A stretch of DNA of 64,000 bases from the NCBI GenBank assembly GCA_045114235.1, contig JBGUKB010000038.1, forward strand, positions 971-64,970. The letters are read 5' to 3'. The number at the start of each line of letters is the position of its first letter. Position 1 is the first letter of the stretch. The position numbers and the translations under genes are program-made. The notes under the pieces are model-generated. The model had not been told where the DNA came from. It did not search any database and saw only the letters and a program-made list of their open reading frames with translations. Below are positions 1 through 8,112 of the stretch, piece after piece. Source of the DNA: Victivallales bacterium (GTDB taxonomy: Bacteria > Verrucomicrobiota > Lentisphaeria > Victivallales > UBA1829).

Positions 1-1228
1 TCGCCTCGCCGGTCTCGCGGCATTTCTCCGCCTCGTCGATGGCGGCGCGGATCGCGTGGCTGCTCTCCGGCGCGGGCAGGATGCCTTCGGTGCGCGCGAA
101 CTGCTCGGCGGCGGCGAATACGGAGGTCTGCTCCACGGAGACGGCTTCCATGAGGCCGTCGTGGTACAGCTGGGACAGGATGGAGCTCATGCCGTGGTAG
201 CGCAGGCCGCCCGCGTGGTTGGCGGACGGGATGAAGCCGCAGCCGAGCGTATACATCTTCGCGAGCGGGCAGATCCTTCCGGTGTCGCAGAAATCGTACG
301 CGAACTTGCCGCGCGTGAAGCTCGGGCAGGATGCCGGTTCGACCGCGACGATGCGGTAGTCGGCCTCGCCGCGGAGCTTTTCGCCCATGAACGGGGAGAT
401 CAGGCCGCCGAGGTTGGAGCCGCCGCCCGCGCAGCCGATGATGACGTCCGGCTTGATGCCGTATTTGCGGAGCGCGGCCTGCGTTTCGAGGCCGATGACG
501 CTCTGGTGCAGCAGGACCTGGGAGAGGACGGAGCCGAGCACGTAGCGGTAGCCTTCGTGCGTGACTGCCGCCTCCACTGCTTCGGAGATCGCGCAGCCGA
601 GGCTGCCCGTGGTGCCGGGGAACTGCTCGAGGATGCGGCGTCCGGCCTCGGTCGAGGTCGAGGGCGACGGCGTGACGTCCGCGCCGTAGGTGCGCATGAC
701 CTCGCGGCGGAACGGCTTCTGTTCGTAGGAACACTTCACCATATAGACGTGGCACTCGAGGCCGAAGAACGCGCACGCCATGGAGAGCGCAGTGCCCCAC
801 TGCCCGGCGCCGGTCTCGGTCGTGACGCCCTTCAGACCCTGTTTCTTCGCGTAGTACGCCTGCGCGATGGCGGAGTTCAGCTTGTGACTGCCGGAGGTGT
901 TGTTGCCCTCGAACTTATAGTAGATCTTCGCGGGCGTGTTCAGCGCCTTTTCGAGGAAGTACGCGCGCACCAGCGGCGAGGGGCGGTACATCTTGTAGAA
1001 ATCGTACACTTCCTGCGGAATCGGGATCAGCGGCGTGGTGTCGTCGAGTTCCTGCTTCACGAGCTCGTCGCAGAACACATGGCCGAGCTCCTCGGCGGTC
1101 ACGGGCTGTTTCGTCGCCGGGTTCAGCAGCGGCGCGGGCTTGTTCTTCATGTCCGCGCGGACGTTGTACCACGCCTTCGGGAGTTCGTCCTCGGAAAGAT
1201 AGATTTTGTACGGGATCTCGTGTGCCAT
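1..1228 (-). CDS. trpB: Tryptophan synthase beta chain, TrpB2-type (PLP enzyme); the 3' end runs off the window
   Basis: Not in the ORF track because no stop lies in the window. Manual reverse translation from the ATG at 1228 gives MAHEIPYKIYLSEDELPKAWYNVRADM...YYKFEGNNTSGSHKLNSAIAQAYYAKKQG...IIGCAGGGSNLGG...HAGGLRYHGMS, the TrpB2 pattern including the PLP-lysine context. AGGAG lies 8 nt upstream of the ATG. The + ORF 56..1288 is its antisense shadow. Confidence 0.9.
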   Translation of the reverse strand, partial: MAHEIPYKIYLSEDELPKAWYNVRADMKNKPAPLLNPATKQPVTAEELGHVFCDELVKQELDDTTPLIPIPQEVYDFYKMYRPSPLVRAYFLEKALNTPAKIYYKFEGNNTSGSHKLNSAIAQAYYAKKQGLKGVTTETGAGQWGTALSMACAFFGLECHVYMVKCSYEQKPFRREVMRTYGADVTPSPSTSTEAGRRILEQFPGTTGSLGCAISEAVEAAVTHEGYRYVLGSVLSQVLLHQSVIGLETQAALRKYGIKPDVIIGCAGGGSNLGGLISPFMGEKLRGEADYRIVAVEPASCPSFTRGKFAYDFCDTGRICPLAKMYTLGCGFIPSANHAGGLRYHGMSSILSQLYHDGLMEAVSVEQTSVFAAAEQFARTEGILPAPESSHAIRAAIDEAEKCRETGEA

Positions 1229-1286
1229 GTGTCTTGCTCCTGCTATTCGGCAGCCCCTTTCTGTATTTCCGGCTGCCCTTTTGGTT

Positions 1287-1316
1287 AAAAAAAGAGACGG
1301 ACCAAACGTTCTGTCT
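1287..1316 (-). terminator. Candidate attenuator terminator in the trpB2 leader
   Basis: The minus-strand RNA reads AGACAGAACGUUUGGUCCGUCU, an imperfect hairpin of 7 bp with 2 mismatches. It is followed by CUUUUUUU (U7 = plus-strand A7 at 1287-1293) and lies about 60 nt upstream of the trpB2 ATG. Confidence 0.4.
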
Positions 1317-1378
1317 GATCCGCCTTGACCTGCGATTGTTTTATGAAAGAATGCGTAAAAGACCCGGTCCGGGCGGAT

Positions 1379-1432
1379 TCACCGTCTGCACCAGCGCCAA
1401 TCGAAGAAGTCAATGTACGCGTTCTTTTTCAT
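1379..1432 (-). CDS. Candidate 17-aa Trp-rich leader peptide MKKNAYIDFFDWRWCRR
   Basis: Read directly from the sequence: ATG AAA AAG AAC GCG TAC ATT GAC TTC TTC GAT TGG CGC TGG TGC AGA CGG TGA. Two Trp codons lie within 3 codons near the C-terminus. The ORF sits between a promoter-like element and a U-tract hairpin, upstream of a Trp-biosynthesis gene. There is no obvious SD, and the ATG is only about 10 nt from the -10 box. Confidence 0.45.
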   Translation of the reverse strand: MKKNAYIDFFDWRWCRR

Positions 1433-1441
1433 AATGGGAAT

Positions 1442-1470
1442 ACTATAGCATCATTTTCCGTGCTTGTCAA
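1442..1470 (-). promoter_or_regulatory. Sigma-70-type promoter TTGACA-17-TATAGT for the trp leader/trpB2
   Basis: On the minus strand, TTGACA lies at 1470-1465 and TATAGT at 1447-1442, with a 17-nt spacer. The same TTGnnn-16/17-TATAnT architecture recurs upstream of several other operons in this window. Confidence 0.5.
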
Positions 1471-1502
1471 GCGATTTTTCCGCATCTTCGAGGGTTTCTG
1501 AC

Positions 1503-1544
1503 GGAAACATAAACGGACCCGCCGGAGCTGCGCGGCGGATCCGT
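1503..1544 (-). terminator. Rho-independent terminator after trxB
   Basis: A 12-bp GC-rich stem pairs 1533-1544 with 1513-1524 (one G-U pair) around an 8-nt loop. It is followed on the minus strand by UUAUGUUUCC and starts 14 nt after the trxB stop. Confidence 0.6.
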
Positions 1545-1557
1545 GTGTGTTGTGCCG

Positions 1558-2472
1558 TCAGAACGTGAGCGAGTTCAGGTAGCGGCAGGCGGCGAGGGCG
1601 GCGGTCGCTCCGTCGCCGACGGCGGTCGCGACCTGGCGGACGCCCTTCGTGCGGCAGTCGCCCGCGACGAACACGCCGGGGGTCTTCGTGAGGCAGGCTT
1701 CATCGGACGCGATGAAACCGCCCTTGTCGAGGTCGCAGACGTCCTGGAACGGCTTGTTGTCGGGCATCTGGCCGATGGCGACGAACACGCCGTCGAGCGT
1801 GAGCTCGAATTTCTCGTCCGTGGCGGTGTTCTTCAGGCTGATCCCGGTGAGTTCCGGTTCGCCGAGGAGCTCGGTCACGACCGTGTTGTAGATGATCTTC
1901 ACGTTCGGGCGCGACTTCAGGATCTGGGCGAGGCTGACCTCGCCCGTGAGCTTGGGCAGGTTCTGGACGATCGTGACGGTCTTCGCGGTCTCGGAGAGGA
2001 GCACGGCGTCCTGCAGCGCGGTGTTGCCGCCGCCGATGACCGCGATATCCTTGTCCTTGTAGAAATCGCCGTCGCAGAGCGCGCAGTAGGAGATGCCGTG
2101 CCCGACGAGCTCCTCCTCGCGGGGGAGCCCGAGCGGCCTGTGGCGGGACCCGGCGGCGACGATGACGGACTTGCAGAGGTACTGCGTCCGCGGGGTGATG
2201 ACGGACTTGATCTTGCCGTTGTCGTTGATGGCTGTGACTTCATCAAGCTCCAGCTCGGCGCCGTGGTGGATCGCCTGGTCGACGAGCTTCTCGCCGATCT
2301 CGCTGCCGGACAGCGCGAGGTAGCCGGGGAAGTTTTCGACCTTGGGCGAATACACGATCTGGCCGCCGAAGGATTCGCGTTCCAGGATCAGGACCGAACG
2401 GCCCGCGCGCCGCGCATAGACGGCGGCGGTGAGGCCGGCGGGACCCGCTCCGACGATGATGATGTCGATCAT
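1558..2472 (-). CDS. trxB: Thioredoxin-disulfide reductase
   Basis: 304 aa. It has the N-terminal FAD motif IIIVGAGPAGLTAAVYA, the redox-active CALCDG (CxxC) motif and the NADPH motif AVIGGGNTALQDA. Confidence 0.93.
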   Translation of the reverse strand: MIDIIIVGAGPAGLTAAVYARRAGRSVLILERESFGGQIVYSPKVENFPGYLALSGSEIGEKLVDQAIHHGAELELDEVTAINDNGKIKSVITPRTQYLCKSVIVAAGSRHRPLGLPREEELVGHGISYCALCDGDFYKDKDIAVIGGGNTALQDAVLLSETAKTVTIVQNLPKLTGEVSLAQILKSRPNVKIIYNTVVTELLGEPELTGISLKNTATDEKFELTLDGVFVAIGQMPDNKPFQDVCDLDKGGFIASDEACLTKTPGVFVAGDCRTKGVRQVATAVGDGATAALAACRYLNSLTF

Positions 2473-2493
2473 ACCGGAAACCGCTCCTTTCCG

Positions 2494-4905
2494 TCAGACT
2501 GCCACGGCGGCGGATTCTTCGATGAAGCGGCGGATGTTGGAGACGTTCTCGAACTTCTCCATCTTGCCGCCGTGGATCACGACGAGCGTGGGCGCCTGGC
2601 GGATGCCGTAGAGGTCGGCGGCGGCGATGTCCTCGTTGGCGAGGATCACGTCGTAGGCGATGCCGGCCTGGTCGAGGAAGCGTTTCGCCATCTTGCAGTT
2701 CGGGCAGGTGCTGGTGGCGAAGAGGATCACGCGGTCGGAAGCGCCTGCCGCGGCGGGCGCGGGCTTCTCGACGGGATGCTCGGTGGATTCATGGGCGGGG
2801 GCTTCGTGGTGGACGGGCTTGTGGCTCATGGATTTGCCGATGTCGTAGGTCTTGCGGTCCTTGTACTCCTGCGACTTGCCGTCGTTCCAGTTCTGGACGG
2901 GGCGGTAGTAGCCGGTGATGCGGCTGTAGACCTCGGTCTTCTCGCCGCACTTGGAGCAGGTGTTCTTTTCGCCGGAGATGTAGCCGTGGTTCTTGCAGAC
3001 GGAGTAGGTCGGGGAGAGCGTGTAGTAGGGCAGGCGGTAGTTCTCGGCGATCTTGCGGACGAGGGTCGCGGCGCTCTTCCAGTCCGGGAGCTTCTCGCCG
3101 AGGAAGGCGTGGAAGACGGTGCCGGAGGTGTAGAGCGTCTGGAGCTTGTCCTGGATGTCGAGCGCGGAGAAGATGTCGTCCGTGTATCCGACGGGCAGGT
3201 GGGAGCTGTTCGTGTAGTACGGTGTGTCGTCGTCGCCCTTGGAGGCCGTGATGATCTCGGGGAAGCGCTTGCGGTCGTGCTTGGCGAGGCGGTACGCGGT
3301 GGATTCGGCGGGCGTGGCTTCGAGGTTGTACAGGTCGCCGTATTTCTCCTGATAGTCGGAGAGGCGTTCGCGCATGTGGTTGAGGACCTTCGCGGTGAAG
3401 TCCTGCGCGGCGGGATCGGTGAGGTCGCGGCGGACCCAGTTCGCGTTGAGGCACGCCTCGTTCATGCCGACGAGCCCGATGGTGGAGAAATGGTTGTCGA
3501 ACTTGCCGAGGTAGCGCTTCGTGTACGGATAGAGGCCTTCATCGAGGAGGCGCGTGATGACCTCGCGCTTGATCTTCAGCGAACGCGCGGCGATGTCCAT
3601 CATGTGGTCGAGGCGCTTGAAGAAGTCCTCCTCATCCGAGGCGAGGTAGGCGATGCGCGGCATGTTGATGGTCACGACGCCGATGCTGCCGGTGCTTTCG
3701 CCGCTGCCGAAGAAGCCGCCGGATTTCTTGCGGAGTTCGCGGAGGTCGAGGCGGAGGCGGCAGCACATGCTTCGGATGTCGCTCGGCTCCATGTCGCTGT
3801 TCACGTAGTTGGAGAAATACGGCGTACCGTACTTGGAGGTCATCTCGAAGAGCAGGCGGTTGTTTTCGGTCTCGCTCCAGTCGAAGTCGCGCGTGATGGA
3901 GTAGGTCGGGATCGGGTACTGGAATCCGCGTCCGTTGGCGTCGCCCTCGATCATGGTCTCGATGAACGCCTTGTTGATGAGGTCCATCTCCGCCTTGCAG
4001 TCCTTGTACTTGAAGTCCATTTCCTTGCCGCCGACGATGGCCGGGAGCTCGGCGAGGTCGTTCGGCACGGTCCAGTCGAGCGTGATGTTGGAGAAGGGCG
4101 CCTGCGTGCCCCAGCGGGACGGGGTGTTCACGCCGAAGATGAAGGACTCGATGCACTTCTTGACCTGGTCGTAGTTGAGGTTGTCGACCTTCACGAACGG
4201 CGCGAGGTAGGTGTCGAAGGAGGAGAACGCCTGCGCGCCCGCCCATTCGTTCTGCATGATGCCGAGGAAGTTGACCATCTGGTTGCAGAGGGTGGCGAGG
4301 TGGGACGCCGGGGCGCTGGTGATCTTGCCGGGGACACCGCCGAGGCCTTCCTGGATGAGCTGTTTGAGGGACCATCCGGCGCAGTAGCCGGTGAGCATGG
4401 AGAGGTCGTGCAGGTGCAGGTCGGCGTTGCGGTGGGCGTTCGCGATCTCGTCGTCGTAGATTTCGGAGAGCCAGTAGTTGGCGGTGAGGGCGCCGGAGTT
4501 GGAGAGGATGAGGCCGCCGACGGAGTAGGTGACAGTCGAGTTTTCCTTCACGCGCCAGTCGTTGATCTTCAGGTAGTCGTCGATGGTGGTCTTGAAGTCG
4601 ATGATCGTGTTGGCGGTGTTGCGCAGTTTCTCGCGCTGGCGGCGGTAGAGGATGTAGGCTTTCGCGACGTCGGCATAGCCCGCCTGCACGAGCACGGACT
4701 CCACACTGTCCTGAATGTCCTCAACGGCGATCAGGCCTTCCTTGATCTTCGGCTCGAATTCGGCGGTGACCTTCAGCGCGAGGAAGTCGATGACCGAGGG
4801 ATGATAGTTCTTTTCCTGTGCCTCGAACGCCATCTTGATCGCGTCGGAGATCTTCGAGATGTCGAAGTCGATGACTTTGCCGTTGCGTTTCTGGACTTGA
4901 TACAT
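2494..4905 (-). CDS. nrdD: Anaerobic (class III) ribonucleoside-triphosphate reductase with a C-terminal redoxin-like extension
   Basis: 803 aa. It has an N-terminal ATP-cone (MYQVQKRNGKVIDFDISKI), a Zn-ribbon (CKNHGYISGEKNTCSKCG) and the glycyl-radical motif RITGYYRPV. These are followed by a His/Pro/Ala linker and an 80-aa thioredoxin-fold tail. Confidence 0.95.
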   Translation of the reverse strand: MYQVQKRNGKVIDFDISKISDAIKMAFEAQEKNYHPSVIDFLALKVTAEFEPKIKEGLIAVEDIQDSVESVLVQAGYADVAKAYILYRRQREKLRNTANTIIDFKTTIDDYLKINDWRVKENSTVTYSVGGLILSNSGALTANYWLSEIYDDEIANAHRNADLHLHDLSMLTGYCAGWSLKQLIQEGLGGVPGKITSAPASHLATLCNQMVNFLGIMQNEWAGAQAFSSFDTYLAPFVKVDNLNYDQVKKCIESFIFGVNTPSRWGTQAPFSNITLDWTVPNDLAELPAIVGGKEMDFKYKDCKAEMDLINKAFIETMIEGDANGRGFQYPIPTYSITRDFDWSETENNRLLFEMTSKYGTPYFSNYVNSDMEPSDIRSMCCRLRLDLRELRKKSGGFFGSGESTGSIGVVTINMPRIAYLASDEEDFFKRLDHMMDIAARSLKIKREVITRLLDEGLYPYTKRYLGKFDNHFSTIGLVGMNEACLNANWVRRDLTDPAAQDFTAKVLNHMRERLSDYQEKYGDLYNLEATPAESTAYRLAKHDRKRFPEIITASKGDDDTPYYTNSSHLPVGYTDDIFSALDIQDKLQTLYTSGTVFHAFLGEKLPDWKSAATLVRKIAENYRLPYYTLSPTYSVCKNHGYISGEKNTCSKCGEKTEVYSRITGYYRPVQNWNDGKSQEYKDRKTYDIGKSMSHKPVHHEAPAHESTEHPVEKPAPAAAGASDRVILFATSTCPNCKMAKRFLDQAGIAYDVILANEDIAAADLYGIRQAPTLVVIHGGKMEKFENVSNIRRFIEESAAVAV
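2497..2736 (-). other. Glutaredoxin/NrdH/thioredoxin-like CxxC domain fused to the NrdD C-terminus
   Basis: The tail reads DRVILFATSTCPNCKMAKRFLDQAGIAYDVILANEDIAAADLYGIRQAPTLVVIHGGKMEKF. This is a beta-alpha-beta start with CPNC and a cis-Pro-like APTLV, located after the glycyl-radical motif. Confidence 0.75.
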
Positions 4906-4959
4906 GGTTCTTGCTTGCTCCTGTTCTGTTTTTTATTGTGTTGATAATGGAAAAAGGTG

Positions 4960-5685
4960 TCAGGACTCCGGTTCGGGCGTGTCGACGCCGCGCAGCTGTG
5001 CGTTCGGGATGAACTCCCGGACGGCTTCCAGCGCGTGCGCCATCTCGTCGTCCGGCATCGCGCTCAGCCCTGCGCCGAGCAGATCGCCGGAGTCCTTGAA
5101 TTTCTGAAGGAAGTAATGCTCGACTCCCGCGTGCTCGCGGGCGAGCTCGGCCAGGTCGTCCACCGTGTGGAACTGGCGGACGACCGTCGTGCGGAGTTCA
5201 TAGTAGTCAAGCGGGGCGGTCTTGAGGTAGGCGGCGCTCTCCGCGACGCGTTCCGCCATGCCGGCCACCCCGGTCGTTTCGTCGTACTTCGCGTAGGTGT
5301 TCTTCACGTCCATCGCCACGGCGTCCACGAGGCGGCGTTCCACGATCTCCTGCAGACGCTCGGGGAACGAGCCGTTCGTGTCGAGCTTGATGAGCAGATG
5401 ATAGGAACGCAGCAGCTCCAGCAGCTCGGCGAGGTCGGGACGCATCACAGGTTCGCCGCCCGTGATGCACGCGCCGTCCAGGATCTTCCCCCGTTTGGAC
5501 AGAAAATCCTTCAGCTCGTCGAGCGAGATCATGGAGGAATCCTCCTGCGGGACCACGACGAGCGAGGCGTTGTGGCAGAACGGGCAGCGGAAGTTGCATC
5601 CGTGCAGGAAAATGGTGCAGGCGACCTTGCCGGGGTAATCCAGCAACGTGAGCTTCTGCAATCCAAAACGGGAATCGGCGTTCAT
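4960..5685 (-). CDS. nrdG: Anaerobic ribonucleotide reductase activating protein (radical SAM)
   Basis: The radical-SAM cluster motif CNFRCPFCHN is present, with GKVACTIFLHGCN context. The start was moved from the track start (5808) to the ATG at 5685 (MNADSRFGLQKLTLLDYPG), because 5686-5808 is AT-rich promoter/operator DNA. Confidence 0.88.
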   Translation of the reverse strand: MNADSRFGLQKLTLLDYPGKVACTIFLHGCNFRCPFCHNASLVVVPQEDSSMISLDELKDFLSKRGKILDGACITGGEPVMRPDLAELLELLRSYHLLIKLDTNGSFPERLQEIVERRLVDAVAMDVKNTYAKYDETTGVAGMAERVAESAAYLKTAPLDYYELRTTVVRQFHTVDDLAELAREHAGVEHYFLQKFKDSGDLLGAGLSAMPDDEMAHALEAVREFIPNAQLRGVDTPEPES

Positions 5686-5728
5686 TTGAGCAAGGGGCTG
5701 TGGATGGTGGTGATAAAACGGAGGAAAA

Positions 5729-5783
5729 CCACAACATCTTGTGGTGTTCCGGTATAATATAATCAACACCTTGATAAATGCAA
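5729..5783 (-). promoter_or_regulatory. nrdG promoter (TTGCAT-16-TATATT) with two NrdR-box-like palindromes
   Basis: Box 1 is CCACAACATCTTGTGG (5729-5744). Box 2 is AATCAACACCTTGATA (5761-5776). Both are 16-bp imperfect palindromes resembling the NrdR consensus acaCwAtATaTwGtgt, with centres 32 bp apart. Box 2 fills the spacer between the -35 (5783-5778) and the -10 (5761-5756). Confidence 0.55.
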
Positions 5784-6006
5784 TGGCGAAACGGAAAAAT
5801 TTTCTCAAAAAATTTTCCGAAATTAATTTGCAATTTTCATTACATCGACAGGAAACGGCTCGAACAGACTCCCAGTTGTTTAAAATATCTTGATAATCAG
5901 AAGGATACGAAAACGATTAGAACCGAAGATATTTTCCGGAAAAAAAACAAAAAACGAGCTTGAAAAAACGAAAGACGCTGTTTGTGTTTCCGGGAGGGGA
6001 TCCCGG

Positions 6007-7233
6007 TCAACCTTCCGGGATGCCGCGGGAGGCGAGGTCCTTGTGGCGCGGCAGGTACCCGAACTTGTAGTACAGGAGGCAGCCGAGCATGAGAGTGGGG
6101 AAGAACGCCGCTGCGAGGAGTCCGGCTTTGAGGTCGTCGCCGCAGAACGACGCGATCCTGCCGACGTACACGGGGCCGAGGCCGCAGCCGAAGTCGCCGG
6201 GCAGGGCGAGCAGCGCGAACATCGCGGTTCCGCCGAGGGGGATCGCGAGGGAGGCCGTGCTGAATACGCCCGCCCAGAGGATGCCCGCCGCCCAGCCGCA
6301 GAGGGCGCATCCGGCGAGCGCGAGGGCGGGCCAGGGGGCAAATACGGCGGTGAGGTAGGCGGCGATGCTGAGCGCGCAGCTCGCGATGAGGCAGTTGATG
6401 AGGTTGAGGCGCGTGCTGAACGCCGCATAGAGCGTGCGCGAAAGCCCCATGAGGAGCGCGAAGAGGCACGGCCCGGCGAGGTCGCCGACCTCCTTCTTCA
6501 CGCCCAGGGCGGATTCCGCGAACGAGGATGCCCACTGGTTCATGCAGTGTTCGGACGCGCCCGCGCAGAGCATCATCACCGCCATGAGCCAGAAGACGGG
6601 GAGTTTGAAGAGGCCGAGGATGCCGAGCCCCTGTTTTCCCTCGGCGATTAGCGGACGCATCGGCACGAACATGAAGTAGAAGCCGTCGAGGAGCGGGACC
6701 GCCGCCCAGACGAGCGCGAGCCAGCGCCAGTTGTCGAGCCCGACGTAATGGAAAAAGAATGTCGATCCGAGCACGACGAGCATCTGTCCCCAGCAATAGA
6801 ACGAATGCACGAGGCTCATTGCGGCGGCCTTGCGTTTGAACGGGCACGCCTCGACGACCGGGCTGGTGACCGCCTCCACCACGCCGCCGCCGACCGCGTA
6901 CAGTGCGACCGCGCAGGTCAAACCAACGAGCGGATTCGGCGTGAGCTCCGGCAGCACGGTCATGAGCACGAGCCCGGCGGCGGAACAGAACTGTCCGATG
7001 ACGAGCGTGAGGCGGTAGGATATTTTGTCGGCAAGTTTGGCGCAGGCGAACGCCACGCACATCTGGAGCCAGAAGTTCCCGATGAGGAGATAGGTGAGCT
7101 GGCTCAGCTTCAGGTCGTAGGCGCGCATGAACCACAGGAAGAGCAGCGGCGCGAAGTCGTTGACGATGGCCTGCGTGATGTAGCTGATGTTGCAGGCGTA
7201 GAGCGTGTGGACGTAGCTTTCGCGGATGCTCAT
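6007..7233 (-). CDS. MFS transporter
   Basis: A polytopic hydrophobic protein with about 12 predicted TM segments, for example LLFLWFMRAY and LVIGQFCSAAGLVLMTVLPEL. The track start at 7260 is a TTG, so the ATG at 7233 (MSIRESY) is preferred. The start remains uncertain. Confidence 0.75.
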   Translation of the reverse strand: MSIRESYVHTLYACNISYITQAIVNDFAPLLFLWFMRAYDLKLSQLTYLLIGNFWLQMCVAFACAKLADKISYRLTLVIGQFCSAAGLVLMTVLPELTPNPLVGLTCAVALYAVGGGVVEAVTSPVVEACPFKRKAAAMSLVHSFYCWGQMLVVLGSTFFFHYVGLDNWRWLALVWAAVPLLDGFYFMFVPMRPLIAEGKQGLGILGLFKLPVFWLMAVMMLCAGASEHCMNQWASSFAESALGVKKEVGDLAGPCLFALLMGLSRTLYAAFSTRLNLINCLIASCALSIAAYLTAVFAPWPALALAGCALCGWAAGILWAGVFSTASLAIPLGGTAMFALLALPGDFGCGLGPVYVGRIASFCGDDLKAGLLAAAFFPTLMLGCLLYYKFGYLPRHKDLASRGIPEG

Positions 7234-7386
7234 ATCGAAGTCGGAGGTTAGGCGGTTCAAGGAATTTGTACCCTAATAAAATAATCTCCCGCGCGGACGA
7301 TTTCAAACGCAAAAACGGAAACGGGCTTGATTTTTCCGCGGACATGTGCGATATTATCAGGTCAAATCTTCATTCGAAAGGCGAAC

Positions 7387-8112
7387 ATGCTTCTCTCCAT
7401 CGTGACCGTTACCAAAAATGCTGCGGATACTGTGGCGCACGCCGCGGAATCCCTTGGCCGGCCGTTGCCCGACGGCGTCGAATACATCCTGAAGGACGCC
7501 GGATCGACCGACGGGACCTGTGAGGTCGTCTGCGGGATCCAGCCGGACGCGGTCGTCGTGCAGTCGCCCGACCGGGGCATCTACGACGCCATGAACCAGG
7601 GCTGGGCGCGTGCGAGGGGCGAGTATGTGATGTCCCTGAACGCAGATGACCGCTATCTGCCGGGCGCGCTGGAAAACGTGATGCGCGAACTGCGCGCGAA
7701 TCCCGACGCGGACATCCTGCACGGGTGCATCCGCGTGAACGGGCGGAAGTTCAGCCCGGCGCAGGGGTTGGCGTCTTTTCATGGAGCGCGGATCTTTCAT
7801 CCGGCGTCGGCGGTCCGGCGTTCCCTGCTGGAGCGCCTGGGCGGATTCGATCCCCAATGGAGAATCTGCGCTGACCTCGATTTCTTCCTGCGCGCGAAGG
7901 AATCCGGCGCGGCGTTCCGGTTCGTCGACCGGGAGATCACGGATTTCGCGCTGGGCGGCGTGAGCACGGTCCGGCGGCAGGAAACCGCCTCCGAGGTACG
8001 GAGGATCCTGCTGAATCATGGATTCGGGCGTATTTTCGCGGACGGGTATTATCTCGCCGCTCGCCTGAGAGCGTGCGCAGCATTTATGGTCAAACTGATA
8101 AAAGGCTCCTGA
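7387..8112 (+). CDS. Family 2 glycosyltransferase
   Basis: MLLSIVTVTKNAADTV...ILKDAGSTDGT...NADD matches GT2 N-terminal motifs. The start was moved to the ATG at 7387, which has AAAGG upstream. The 3' end overlaps the convergent gene at 8090 by 23 nt. Confidence 0.8.
   Translation: MLLSIVTVTKNAADTVAHAAESLGRPLPDGVEYILKDAGSTDGTCEVVCGIQPDAVVVQSPDRGIYDAMNQGWARARGEYVMSLNADDRYLPGALENVMRELRANPDADILHGCIRVNGRKFSPAQGLASFHGARIFHPASAVRRSLLERLGGFDPQWRICADLDFFLRAKESGAAFRFVDREITDFALGGVSTVRRQETASEVRRILLNHGFGRIFADGYYLAARLRACAAFMVKLIKGS

Noticed and set aside
56-1288. 410-aa + strand ORF at the window start
   Set aside because: It is antisense to the TrpB2 gene, which I translated manually from the minus strand.
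1543-4944. 1133-aa + strand ORF spanning trxB and nrdD
   Set aside because: It is the antisense shadow of two well-supported minus-strand genes. The translation is Gly/Ala/Arg/Asp/Val-rich with no motifs. This is typical of stop-poor antisense frames in high-GC DNA.
5990-6006. Hairpin CCGGGA-GGGGA-TCCCGG right after the MFS stop, considered as a terminator
   Set aside because: No U-tract follows on the minus strand (AAACACAAAC). It was not called.
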